From: Candidatus Kapaibacterium sp.
GTDB taxonomy: Bacteria; Bacteroidota; Ignavibacteria; Kapaibacteriales; UBA2268
Direction of reading: 5' to 3'
DNA: 64,000 nucleotides
Assembly (NCBI GenBank): GCA_963664875.1
Contig: OY761611.1
Location: 2,624,001-2,688,000 of the forward strand
Shown: positions 1 to 9,209 of the stretch, piece by piece
Layout: each line of letters opens with the position of its first letter
Position numbering within the stretch: the stretch's first letter is position 1
The notes under the pieces: model-generated
Databases searched by the model: none
What the model saw: the letters and a program-made list of their open reading frames with translations, nothing else
Told to the model about the DNA's origin: nothing
Program-made: the position numbers and the translations under genes

Positions 1-2
1 GT

Positions 3-1043
3 CTTGTAAGCAATTCGGGGCAAACTGTCCAGTTTCTTTCTACTTATCGCCCTATGTATTCAAACAATGAATATGTGAGCTATAAAAACAAAAGAATTGC
101 CTTTGCAACATGGAATACCCCTGAAGAAGGACAAACGTTTATTGCATATTTTGATGTTGCCGATCCGACTAACGTCAAGATAGTTCCTAATCCTGTCTCA
201 GATGACAAGGATTATTATTGGAGTGTGCCTCAGGTGCGTCCTCAGGTCTTTTCAGATGGCAGAATTGCATTCCTTGCATTTTATTTAACTACAAATCCTT
301 GGGATGACTGGCATTCGGGACATATCTGTATCTATAACCCAAAAACAAACGAGTATAAATTCTCACCTGCAGCACATGATTTTATTCTAAATCAGCCTGA
401 GCAGGGCTATGATACTGAAACAGGTTCTTTGGGTGGTGATTTTGCTTTATCACAGGATGAGCAGTTTGTAATAGCACGAGCTTATGGCTATGGAGTAGAT
501 ATGGGTTCATTCCACACAGATTACAAGTTTATAGTTAAATGGGATATACATACAGATGCTTACCAAAGAGTGGCAGAAGGAGAAAATCAGATATGTTTTG
601 TCAGTGCTGATAACCAATCTGTTATTGCTAACATAAACTACAAAAAAAATGCTATAGACATCAACACTGGCAACATGACTTTGTTAGATGAATACTATGA
701 TAATATAGCATGTGGCATGTATTCGGAAAAAGACGGCAAGTTTTTCAAACAATGGCGAGGTGGAGGGATAGCTCTTTTTGACAAATCAAGTGGTTGGCTG
801 TTTAATCCGGTTTTAGGAGATTCGATGCCGTATCCTTACAGAGGGCTTGGAACAGGTTCTCAGTTCTCACCGGACGAAACAAAAATTTATTTCAAGGGAA
901 CTCTCGATTATAACACTAACTATGCAAGTGATTACTGTGTTTATTCGACTCCTCTAACCTTAGGCTATCCAAATTCGAAACCAGACAGTTTGTTTATCTT
1001 AACTGCACAATACGATACCGGATTATTTATTTTGCTGGATTAG
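3..1043 (+). CDS. Beta-propeller/TolB-like hypothetical protein, 5'-truncated by the window edge
   Basis: The frame of ORF 54..1043 is open back to position 3 (LVSNSGQTVQFLSTYRPM...). Repeated propeller-like motifs FSDGRIAF, LSQDEQFV, VSADNQSV, FSPDETKIY. Confidence 0.55.
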   Translation, partial: LVSNSGQTVQFLSTYRPMYSNNEYVSYKNKRIAFATWNTPEEGQTFIAYFDVADPTNVKIVPNPVSDDKDYYWSVPQVRPQVFSDGRIAFLAFYLTTNPWDDWHSGHICIYNPKTNEYKFSPAAHDFILNQPEQGYDTETGSLGGDFALSQDEQFVIARAYGYGVDMGSFHTDYKFIVKWDIHTDAYQRVAEGENQICFVSADNQSVIANINYKKNAIDINTGNMTLLDEYYDNIACGMYSEKDGKFFKQWRGGGIALFDKSSGWLFNPVLGDSMPYPYRGLGTGSQFSPDETKIYFKGTLDYNTNYASDYCVYSTPLTLGYPNSKPDSLFILTAQYDTGLFILLD

Positions 1044-1072
1044 ATGGAGGAGTTTGAAGATTTGATAGAAAT

Positions 1073-1129
1073 AAGCCGGATTTGCAAATATTCTACAATA
1101 AGTTTTGCAAATCCGGCTTGTGTTTTTTT
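1073..1129. terminator. Probable bidirectional intrinsic terminator
   Basis: Inverted repeat AAGCCGGATTTGCAAA / TTTGCAAATCCGGCTT followed by a T-run, between convergent genes. Confidence 0.75.
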
Positions 1130-1164
1130 GCAGCAAAAAAGTATTTTCTACTTTTCAGCTTTGA

Positions 1165-2427
1165 TTATATCAGCTCTGTTTTGATGCGACGAATTTTAGC
1201 ACCGACAGAGTTCAATTTTTCTTCTAAATTTTCATATCCTCTATCTAAGTGATAGACTCTGAGTACCTCAGTGGAGCCTTCGGCTGCGAGTGCCGCAAGG
1301 ATGAGAGACGCACTTGCTCTAAGGTCGGAAGACATTACAGTAGCTCCCTGCAATTTTTTTCCGCCTTTGACTATAGCCGTGTTGTCAGCGACTTCTATGT
1401 CTGCACCAAGGCGAACAAGTTCCGGGACGTGCTTAAATCTGTCAAAATAGACAGTATCAGTAACACGGGAGCTGCCATTTGCCATCAGCATATAAGCAGT
1501 CCATTGAGCCTGAACATCGGTCGGCATTCCCGGGTAAACAGAAGTTGTCATATCTACCGGCAAAATGTCTGTAGCAGCTTTGAGATTTATAGTATTACTA
1601 TTTACATCTATTTCACAACCGGATTCTTCCAGCTTAGCAATAACTGCTGAAAGATGGTAAGGATTTACATTTTCGAGCTCAATATTGCCTCCGGTCATGG
1701 CAGCTGCAATCAAATATGTTGCTGCTTCGATTCTGTCAGGAATAGTCACTTCATCGACCGGTTTAAGTTCGTCCACGCCTTCGATATGAAGCTCTGTTGT
1801 GCCTATACCTTCGATTTTAGCACCCATTTTGACAAGCATCCTGGCAAGAGCTGTAATTTCAGGTTCGGTAGCAGCATTTGAAAGTACGGTAGAACCTGTA
1901 GCTAAAGTTGCAGCCATTAGGACGTTACCTGTAGCACCAACACTTGATATGTCGAAGTGGAATTTCGCACCTTTAAGTTTCTTCGCTTTTGCGATTACAT
2001 ATCCCTTTTCGAGCGAAACTTCTGCACCCAGTTTTTCCAAACCTTTCAAGTGCAAATCAACGGGTCTGGGGCCCCAGGCACAGCCTCCGGGTAACGATAC
2101 TCGAGCTTCTCCGTATCTTGCCACAAGAGGGCCAAGTACATAAAATGAGGCTCTCATTTTCTTAACATGTTCATAAGGAGCTTCTACACTGGTAATATTA
2201 GTAGTATCAAGGAAAAGTTCATTGTCATTAAGTTCGGCAAATGCCCCGAGAGAACCTAAAAGCCTTGACATGGTCCACACATCGCGTAAATTTGGAGTGT
2301 TTTTTAGATGATATATGCCCGGAGCAAGAAGAGCAGCCGGCATCAACGCCAGTGAGCCATTTTTAGCACCGGAAACTTTAATCCTGCCGGACAGCCTGTG
2401 TCCGCCTTCAATAACTAACTTATCCAT
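1165..2427 (-). CDS. murA: UDP-N-acetylglucosamine 1-carboxyvinyltransferase
   Basis: SGAKN, KMRASFYVLGPL, LPGGCAWGPRPVDLH (catalytic Cys loop), DLRASASL, HLDRGYE. Confidence 0.98.
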   Translation of the reverse strand: MDKLVIEGGHRLSGRIKVSGAKNGSLALMPAALLAPGIYHLKNTPNLRDVWTMSRLLGSLGAFAELNDNELFLDTTNITSVEAPYEHVKKMRASFYVLGPLVARYGEARVSLPGGCAWGPRPVDLHLKGLEKLGAEVSLEKGYVIAKAKKLKGAKFHFDISSVGATGNVLMAATLATGSTVLSNAATEPEITALARMLVKMGAKIEGIGTTELHIEGVDELKPVDEVTIPDRIEAATYLIAAAMTGGNIELENVNPYHLSAVIAKLEESGCEIDVNSNTINLKAATDILPVDMTTSVYPGMPTDVQAQWTAYMLMANGSSRVTDTVYFDRFKHVPELVRLGADIEVADNTAIVKGGKKLQGATVMSSDLRASASLILAALAAEGSTEVLRVYHLDRGYENLEEKLNSVGAKIRRIKTELI

Positions 2428-2773
2428 GATATTATTATTTTAGTGTTTAGTTGGAAATATACAAGATATGCAATGTAATCAAAAAAAGTGTTTTTATCAG
2501 ACTATTTGTTTGTATATATTATAATATGTCCGATGAGCAATTTTAAGATTTCTATTTATTTGGGAAGAATTAGATTGTTTTCTGTAGGCTTATTGGCGTT
2601 TAGAAGAGAAAAAGGATTTTAGATAAAACATCAGACCGGGACCTCATTTTTGGGGAATTAATTGTAGACTATGGGTATGAAGGTATGCAAATTTAGCCCC
2701 GGTCTGTTTTATTTTGATTGCCTTTTTCCTGATAAAGAACTATGTGATTATTTTGTCTCTTGTCCCTTTTATG

Positions 2774-2802
2774 TATAGACACAGTTTTTGATAAAAAGTT
2801 AC
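2774..2802 (-). promoter_or_regulatory. Candidate ECF-sigma promoter (GTAAC...GTCTATA)
   Basis: Minus strand reads GTAACTTTTTATCAAAAACTGTGTCTATA. A similar 29-nt element occurs at 14422-14450. Confidence 0.4.
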
Positions 2803-3130
2803 CGAATTTTTTTATTTTTTTTATTTTTTTCAAAAAACATCTTCAAATTCCACATTTTCCCCTTTTGGATCTCTTGATTCTGCCCTTTTTATAAGACCCG
2901 CAAATCTATCAATCTATGAGTAGATACTTATTGTGGTAGCTCTATTTGCCTTTTGCAATATCTTTAATTTTGTACTACAAAATGATTCGCTATATTACCT
3001 ATTATATAATTCGGTCATATCTTTGTTCCGGAATTGACATTTAACGAAACATATTGAATAAAATAACGTATAAAAAATATTTACACCTTAGACTTTAAAA
3101 TTAAGTTAAATAAACTATGTGCGATGCCCT

Positions 3131-5086
3131 ATGTCAGACAATCAACAAAATCCTCAAGCTCAAATGCCTCAATACGAGCACTATCAAAGACGCAAACAAA
3201 AAAAGAACAACTGGTGGATTCCGGTTGTAATTGTACTTTCTGTTTTTGCACTATTAGTAATCCTTGTCGTAGGATTCTTCACTCTAATTGGCTCAACGAT
3301 AGGTTCTGCTTTTGAGAAAGAGCCGGTTGTGGTCAGAAATAATTCCATTTTGCATCTCAGCATGGCAAATGTTCAGGAATATACCAGAGCCACAGGGTTT
3401 TCTGCGTTCTTTTCTGATGAAAAGCCTGCTTCACTCAGAGATATAATCAATGCTTTAATAGCTGCAAAAACTGACGATAGAATCAAAGGTATTTACTACG
3501 AACCATCTTTGGTGGGAAGTGGATTTACTAAACGTATAGAAGTATTAGATGCTTTAGAAGATTTTAAGAAATCAGGCAAATTTATATATGCATTTATTGA
3601 AGTCGGTGATGAAAATGCTTACATCAATGCACTCCCGGCAGACTCTATATTCATGCCGGCTGAGGGTATGCTCGAGATGAATGGTTATGGTTCTTCTCCC
3701 TTATTCTTCAAAGGGCTTGCCGAAAAAGTCGGGGTAGATTTCTATGTCCAACAGTTCGAAGACTTCAAATCAGCAGGAGAGATGTATTCGAGGAAATCAT
3801 TTTCTGACTCTGCAAGATTGCAAACTCAGGTATTACTCAATCACAGATACCAAACCTTGTTGAATTTGATTGAAAAATACAGAGGTATCGACAAAGAGAC
3901 TCTCAATTCGCTCTTTAACAAAGGTCTGTTTAATGCCGACGATATACTACAAGCCGGTTTGATAGATGCAATTGCACCGGAGTATCGAGTAAAAGATATG
4001 ATGAAAAATTTGGTGAAAGACGGTGAATCTGAAGACAATAAAAACTCAAAAGTAAGACTGCTTTCTATTAGCAAATATATAAACAGCAGCCCTAAAATTG
4101 AAGGCAAAGTAGCAGAAACAGATAAGAAAATTGCAATAGTTTACGGTTCCGGAGCGATTACTTCAGGTGAGAGCGACGACAATCCGTTTTCTTCTTCTGA
4201 CGGGATTAAATCAGGTACATTTATCAAAAATTTACGCAAAGCTGCAGAAGATGATAATGTGGCTGCAATCATAGTAAGGATAGACAGCCCGGGTGGATCC
4301 GTAATTGCTTCTGACGAAATATGGGAAGAATTGAAACGCACAAAAGTGAAACGTCCTGATGTTCCTATCTACGCTTCTATGGCAGATGTTGCTGCTTCAG
4401 GAGGATTTTATATGGCTGTAGGTTGCGATTCGATTATTGCTCATCCAACTACAATCACCGGATCAATCGGTGTTATTCTCTCTATCCCTAATTTGAGTGG
4501 GTTGATGAATAACCTTGGTGTTAGCTCGGATACTATTTCGACCACTAACTCAGCACAATTTTTGAATGGAACAATGCCTTTTTCTCAGACAGACAAAGAT
4601 AAGCTATATTCAATGTCTCAGAAGATATACTTCCGATTTTTAGGGAAAGTAGCTCAGCATCGCAATATGCCTGTAGATGAATTGCGTCAATATGCAAAAG
4701 GTAGAGTGTGGACGGGTGAAGATGCCTTCAAATTAGGTTTGATAGACAAATTGGGTGGCTTGCAGGATGTAATCAATATGGCAAAAGCCAGAATTGGCGT
4801 GCCTATTAATGAATTAGTTACGATCGAAGAATATCCACGTTCTACTGACGATGTGGAAGAATTATTACAAAAACTAACCGGTGGCTCTAAAGAGGAAGAA
4901 TTGGAAGCGTCTTTAGCCCAAACTGTTGCTAAATACCTTCCTTATGCAAACAGTGAAACAGGTTTGATACTAAAAGCAATGCCTGCTCCAATCAGAAAAC
5001 AACTTTTCTACAATATAGAACTTCTGGAAATGGCACAAAAAGAAAAAGTACTAGTGGCAATGCCTTCTCTCTTAGAAATACAATAA
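3131..5086 (+). CDS. sppA: Signal peptide peptidase SppA (protease IV, 67K type)
   Basis: N-terminal TM helix, two S49 domains, FKSAGE, RIDSPGGS, DVAASGGFY, TGSIGV, GRVWTG. ATG at 3131 preferred over the upstream GTG. Confidence 0.96.
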   Translation: MSDNQQNPQAQMPQYEHYQRRKQKKNNWWIPVVIVLSVFALLVILVVGFFTLIGSTIGSAFEKEPVVVRNNSILHLSMANVQEYTRATGFSAFFSDEKPASLRDIINALIAAKTDDRIKGIYYEPSLVGSGFTKRIEVLDALEDFKKSGKFIYAFIEVGDENAYINALPADSIFMPAEGMLEMNGYGSSPLFFKGLAEKVGVDFYVQQFEDFKSAGEMYSRKSFSDSARLQTQVLLNHRYQTLLNLIEKYRGIDKETLNSLFNKGLFNADDILQAGLIDAIAPEYRVKDMMKNLVKDGESEDNKNSKVRLLSISKYINSSPKIEGKVAETDKKIAIVYGSGAITSGESDDNPFSSSDGIKSGTFIKNLRKAAEDDNVAAIIVRIDSPGGSVIASDEIWEELKRTKVKRPDVPIYASMADVAASGGFYMAVGCDSIIAHPTTITGSIGVILSIPNLSGLMNNLGVSSDTISTTNSAQFLNGTMPFSQTDKDKLYSMSQKIYFRFLGKVAQHRNMPVDELRQYAKGRVWTGEDAFKLGLIDKLGGLQDVINMAKARIGVPINELVTIEEYPRSTDDVEELLQKLTGGSKEEELEASLAQTVAKYLPYANSETGLILKAMPAPIRKQLFYNIELLEMAQKEKVLVAMPSLLEIQ

Positions 5087-5107
5087 CAGACAAATATATT
5101 AACTTTG

Positions 5108-5145
5108 AAACCGTAGGTGATTTAATTATTGCCTACGGTTTTTTT
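5108..5145 (+). terminator. Intrinsic terminator of sppA
   Basis: AAACCGTAGG ... CCTACGGTTT followed by a T-run. Confidence 0.8.
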
Positions 5146-5532
5146 ATGCCACTCACGTAAAATTATCTTTTAGCGTTGCAGTTCCACCGGAACCTCCGAA
5201 TCTCTTTCAAAACATACAAAACCAATCAGCAACATCTGCACTACCAAACGAGTTTGATAATATCCTAACGTCATTGCTTCCTATCTAAGTAAAGTATATT
5301 ATTTGTGCAGATAAAGATATAATTGCATTATCTATTGTTATTAAACTATATAGTTTCGATATTATATTATATAATATTGTCAAAGTAATAAGCATAATAT
5401 TGTAAATACAATACTATTTACATATACTGATATTCTATTTAGTTCTAAATATATGTAGATATAGAATAAAATAAATATTGTAAATAGAAATAAATGTTAT
5501 ATATTGCAATTAGCATAATAGGAATAATATGA

Positions 5533-6222
5533 TTGAGAAAAATAATAAGACGATATAATATCCAAGATAAAGATGTTGAAAACTTATCTTCTAACTTCGT
5601 AAAAATATTTAGGAAGAATAGAAAAAAGTTTTTATCTTTGTTTCCGAAGCTTGATGATAAGTTTTTAGAAGAATGGAATCAAGAGCTTAGCGTTCTCAAA
5701 AAAATGGAGGAAGACCGGGAAATAGTCGAGCTACAGCAAAAACAAACCGAGAAGTTATACAAATCTCTTCAAGCTGCTACTGAACAGATGAATATACTTT
5801 TGCTGTACGCAAAGATTAGCTTTCCGGCGAATCGGGCAAAGATGAAAGCCTTTGGCAAGTCAGATTTCTCTAAAGTCAGATACTCTGCTCCCAAAATGCT
5901 GTCTCTGATGAAAAACACCCTAATCCGAATTCTTCTACCGGAGAATTTGGAAACATTGCACTCAAATGGCTTTGATGAAAATCGTTTGGATGACTTTAAA
6001 AAGGTAATTTCCGAGCTGGAAAATAATCTGAATAAGCAGGCTGAAATCAAAAGCCTGCGCCCGATTAAAACTCAGGAACGCATAGCTGCTTATAATAAAT
6101 TGTGGGAAAGATTAGAACTGGTATCCAATGCTGCAAAGCTCGTCTTTGCTGATGATAAGGAAACCGCAAGAAAATTCCTATTGTACTCCGAGAGGAAGCA
6201 AAAAATAGGAGACGCCAACTGA
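5533..6222 (+). CDS. Hypothetical alpha-helical protein, no signal peptide
   Basis: 229-aa ORF with TTG start, TATATTGCA promoter-like element at 5500-5508 and downstream hairpins. No recognisable catalytic motif. Confidence 0.7.
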   Translation: MRKIIRRYNIQDKDVENLSSNFVKIFRKNRKKFLSLFPKLDDKFLEEWNQELSVLKKMEEDREIVELQQKQTEKLYKSLQAATEQMNILLLYAKISFPANRAKMKAFGKSDFSKVRYSAPKMLSLMKNTLIRILLPENLETLHSNGFDENRLDDFKKVISELENNLNKQAEIKSLRPIKTQERIAAYNKLWERLELVSNAAKLVFADDKETARKFLLYSERKQKIGDAN

Positions 6223-6327
6223 CAGACACACAGTATTGTGAATTACCTCCAAATACTGCCCGGCACTGCCGAACACAGTGCCGGAACTTTTAAAAACCAG
6301 TTAGTCTGTAAATATATTTAAACATGG

Positions 6328-6360
6328 GCCTCCGAAGACGTGATCTTCGGAGGCTTTTTT
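6328..6360 (+). terminator. Intrinsic terminator
   Basis: GCCTCCGAAGA-CGTGA-TCTTCGGAGGC plus T6. A second hairpin CCGGCACTG/CAGTGCCGG lies at 6260-6284. Confidence 0.8.
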
Positions 6361-6424
6361 ACTTGTGAAACTTACGTAATATTGTTATCTTGAAATGAGA
6401 TAAATTATGAGCTAAAAAGATAAT

Positions 6425-6847
6425 ATGAACAAACGAATAAAGACCTATCTGATACTATTTTTGATGCTAATCTCAAATATGGGAGCCTTTGCCATTTTAT
6501 TTTCGCTTTTCTTCGTTTGGGATTCGAACGAGAATCAGTATTTAACCGGCCTTGTAGTTGTGCAGGTTTTGTACCTTGTTTTACTTTTTCTTTCTCAAAA
6601 AACCGATGATGAGACTCTTGCGAGTGATAAATTGGCAAAATTAGCGGAATATTTCCTTGCTCCTTCTGCATACAAAAGGATATTTGATGATCCGTATTTA
6701 GTGAAATATGGGATGATCGTAATCTCTATAACCGCTATTGCTTCCTTTTTTCAGCAATATAATGCAGTAACTTTGATATTTAGCATTATCAATTTTGCAT
6801 ATTTGACTTATGCAACAAAATTGTTTTTATTAAATAGATATGTATAG
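6425..6847 (+). CDS. Hypothetical membrane protein (about 4 TM)
   Basis: 140 aa with four hydrophobic segments. Confidence 0.7.
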   Translation: MNKRIKTYLILFLMLISNMGAFAILFSLFFVWDSNENQYLTGLVVVQVLYLVLLFLSQKTDDETLASDKLAKLAEYFLAPSAYKRIFDDPYLVKYGMIVISITAIASFFQQYNAVTLIFSIINFAYLTYATKLFLLNRYV

Positions 6848-6862
6848 AAACAGAGCTATTTC

Positions 6863-9175
6863 TTACTCCTCATTCGCCAATACCAACTGCTTATATACCA
6901 CTTTACCATTGTCAAACTCAACCCTTAGGCAATAGTTTTCGCTTTCGAGAGTTGATAAATCATAAGTATTATTAGAAACGAGCTTTAGTTCTTGTTTAAG
7001 TTCGCTTGCTTCCACGTTTTTGATTCTGCTGGAAGTAACTATTTGAACTGACTTTTTGTCGTTGCTTAGATTAAATTCTAAATCGATGTCTTCTTCATTC
7101 CATGCTTTGCCGGAGTCTTCCATTGTTTCTTTGGAGATATAAGCTCCGTTTGTGGTATAGACATAAGCGTAGCCATCCGGATCGAATTCAAAATCTATTA
7201 CCTTTGCTTTGGATGTCCCTTCTAAGATGTTTTCCCAGTAGTTGCCGTCGTGAGAGCGAAGGAGGGCGTATTTGTTTTTTAGATATATTTCCTTATCATA
7301 TATTTTGAAATCATAGTTTCTTTGAGGAGTAGCGAGGAATTTTGTCCATGTATCGCCTTTATCTCTTGTGATTTCAACACCGGGCTGGTGGGTGAGTATA
7401 ATAACATCATCTTCAAACTTGATTTTAGGAAATATGTTGTAAGAGCAGACTACTTCTTTATCCAATTTGTCAAATTCATCATCATCAATATCACCAATTA
7501 AAATATCAAGTGTGTCTATCCATTCCTCTTCGCTGTTCCATTTTATATATGATTTTAAGTAATCTCGATAGTTAATTGCAACAAACTCACCATCAGCATT
7601 GTTTTCAAAACTGAAGAACATCGTGTCAATTTCTCCAATATTTTTCTGATTTTCATACAAACGTATTACTCTTTTCCCAAAACCTCTCATTCCTAAATCC
7701 ATTCCTAAATCAAGATTTTCAATTAAGCAGATTTTATTCCCAATCTGCGAATCAATAAACGTAATATAGTAATCTGTTAGAAATCTGTTTCTAAATGCGA
7801 TGTTTTTACACAATGTATCTTTAAGCGACTTACTAATATCTTTAACAGAATCGTAGTAATATAAATTCCCGTCTTCTACACCATAAACTGATTTCTCAAA
7901 AGTTGGAAGTGCATCGTGAAGATATGATACTTTTTTCCAACCATCCGGTTGCTGATTTATCCAGACAGGGTATTCCGTATTCAAAAGAACACAAATCTCG
8001 CTATCTTCATATTTACGGTATTTTTTTATAGTGGAAATTAGGTTTGTGTTGAATGATAAATCAGTGTGATTTTTAGATTCTTTATTATATAGTTTATACT
8101 CTGCTCCACCTATGCCATATAGTTTTCTGAAGATATTTTCTCCGTCATATTTCGAAATTTCAATCTGATCTACATAAGGTTCATGTCTTTGTAGTAACTG
8201 ATTATACAGAATCCATGAGTTCCCGAAGTCATAACTTAGGAAAGCTACTTCCTTTGTATCTGAAATGTGTCGCGAACCATTGATATATAGCGTAATGTAG
8301 TATATGAGTGCCCCATTGTTTTGAATAATTGTACTATGCTTTCTTTCCCATTCGTCTTGTGGAAATTTTAATCTGTTTGTATCTATAGTTGCATATACCA
8401 AGGAGTCTAAATTTAACAACTCGTTCCACGATTTGTTATCGATATCATATTTATACAAAATAGGACTTGAGAAATCTTGCGAGATGATATCATCATTTTT
8501 AAAGTAATATTGAGGAAATTGCTGACCATCAGGTGGTTCAAATTGTATATCAGTAATAGTGTCTAAAACAGGATCATAATAAACATACCTGTCATTAGAA
8601 TCTGAATCTTGCCCTGTGATAAGAAATTGCTTTTTGTCAGGCATAAATTCAAAATAACTCACTTTGAGCCATTTATTAGATTCAATAGTTACAAGATGCC
8701 AGTTTTCTCCTCGATTAGTAGATTTGAATAACAAAGAATCATTTTCTAAAACTCTTCCGTATATATATAGTACATTTCCAACTTCTGCAAATTTTGTTGA
8801 GTTGTGCCACATATTTTGCTTCAAGTTTGAGATATTCCATAACTCTCCATCATTATCAGAATAAATAAGACCAACGCCTTCAATTGCTGCTACCAAAGAG
8901 CCATTTTCTGATTTGAACAGGTTTAAAACACTAAACCCTTCATCTGCCAGATCATACTCTCTATCTCCATCCACTACTTTATTTATTTTCTTAAAAGTCT
9001 TGCCGCCATCAGTTGACTTCGCAATTCCATAATGTCCTATGTAAATAGTATCACCAGACTGGAGAACTGATGCGGGATCAGTTTTTAAATCGCACTTAAT
9101 CTCTTCCCATTCAACAGCTGCGGAACTTGAAAAAAGTAAGCTAAGGATAGATATTATCAATAGTAAGTGTTTCAT
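6863..9175 (-). CDS. Secreted BNR/Asp-box repeat (WD40/YVTN/BNR-like) protein with a non-canonical CTD-like tail, paralog 1
   Basis: Signal peptide MKHLLLIISILSLLFSSSAA. Asp-boxes STDGGKTF, SDNDGELW, STNRGENW, SYDFGNSW, TRDKGDTW, SHDGNYW. C-terminal YDLSTL..YCLRVEFDNGKVVYKQLV. Confidence 0.8.
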   Translation of the reverse strand: MKHLLLIISILSLLFSSSAAVEWEEIKCDLKTDPASVLQSGDTIYIGHYGIAKSTDGGKTFKKINKVVDGDREYDLADEGFSVLNLFKSENGSLVAAIEGVGLIYSDNDGELWNISNLKQNMWHNSTKFAEVGNVLYIYGRVLENDSLLFKSTNRGENWHLVTIESNKWLKVSYFEFMPDKKQFLITGQDSDSNDRYVYYDPVLDTITDIQFEPPDGQQFPQYYFKNDDIISQDFSSPILYKYDIDNKSWNELLNLDSLVYATIDTNRLKFPQDEWERKHSTIIQNNGALIYYITLYINGSRHISDTKEVAFLSYDFGNSWILYNQLLQRHEPYVDQIEISKYDGENIFRKLYGIGGAEYKLYNKESKNHTDLSFNTNLISTIKKYRKYEDSEICVLLNTEYPVWINQQPDGWKKVSYLHDALPTFEKSVYGVEDGNLYYYDSVKDISKSLKDTLCKNIAFRNRFLTDYYITFIDSQIGNKICLIENLDLGMDLGMRGFGKRVIRLYENQKNIGEIDTMFFSFENNADGEFVAINYRDYLKSYIKWNSEEEWIDTLDILIGDIDDDEFDKLDKEVVCSYNIFPKIKFEDDVIILTHQPGVEITRDKGDTWTKFLATPQRNYDFKIYDKEIYLKNKYALLRSHDGNYWENILEGTSKAKVIDFEFDPDGYAYVYTTNGAYISKETMEDSGKAWNEEDIDLEFNLSNDKKSVQIVTSSRIKNVEASELKQELKLVSNNTYDLSTLESENYCLRVEFDNGKVVYKQLVLANEE
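7179..7264. repeat. 86-bp exact direct repeat shared with 12395-12480
   Basis: GGATCGAATTCAAAATC...GAGAGCGAAGGAG is identical in paralogs 1 and 3. A second 55-bp exact match is 7030-7084 = 12246-12300. Confidence 0.9.
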
Positions 9176-9209
9176 AATATATCTCAAGCAAAAATTTTGG
9201 GCTGATTAA

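Noticed and set aside
1249-2143. Plus-strand ORFs antisense to murA, and the many similar short antisense or nested ORFs in the track
   Set aside because: They overlap well-supported genes on the opposite strand or another frame and have no recognisable motifs; treated as shadow ORFs.
5170-5274. 34-aa minus-strand ORF MTLGYYQTRLVVQMLLIGFVCFERDSEVPVELQR as a type I toxin
   Set aside because: The hydrophobic stretch is short, the tail is not basic, and no antisense RNA structure is evident; insufficient support.
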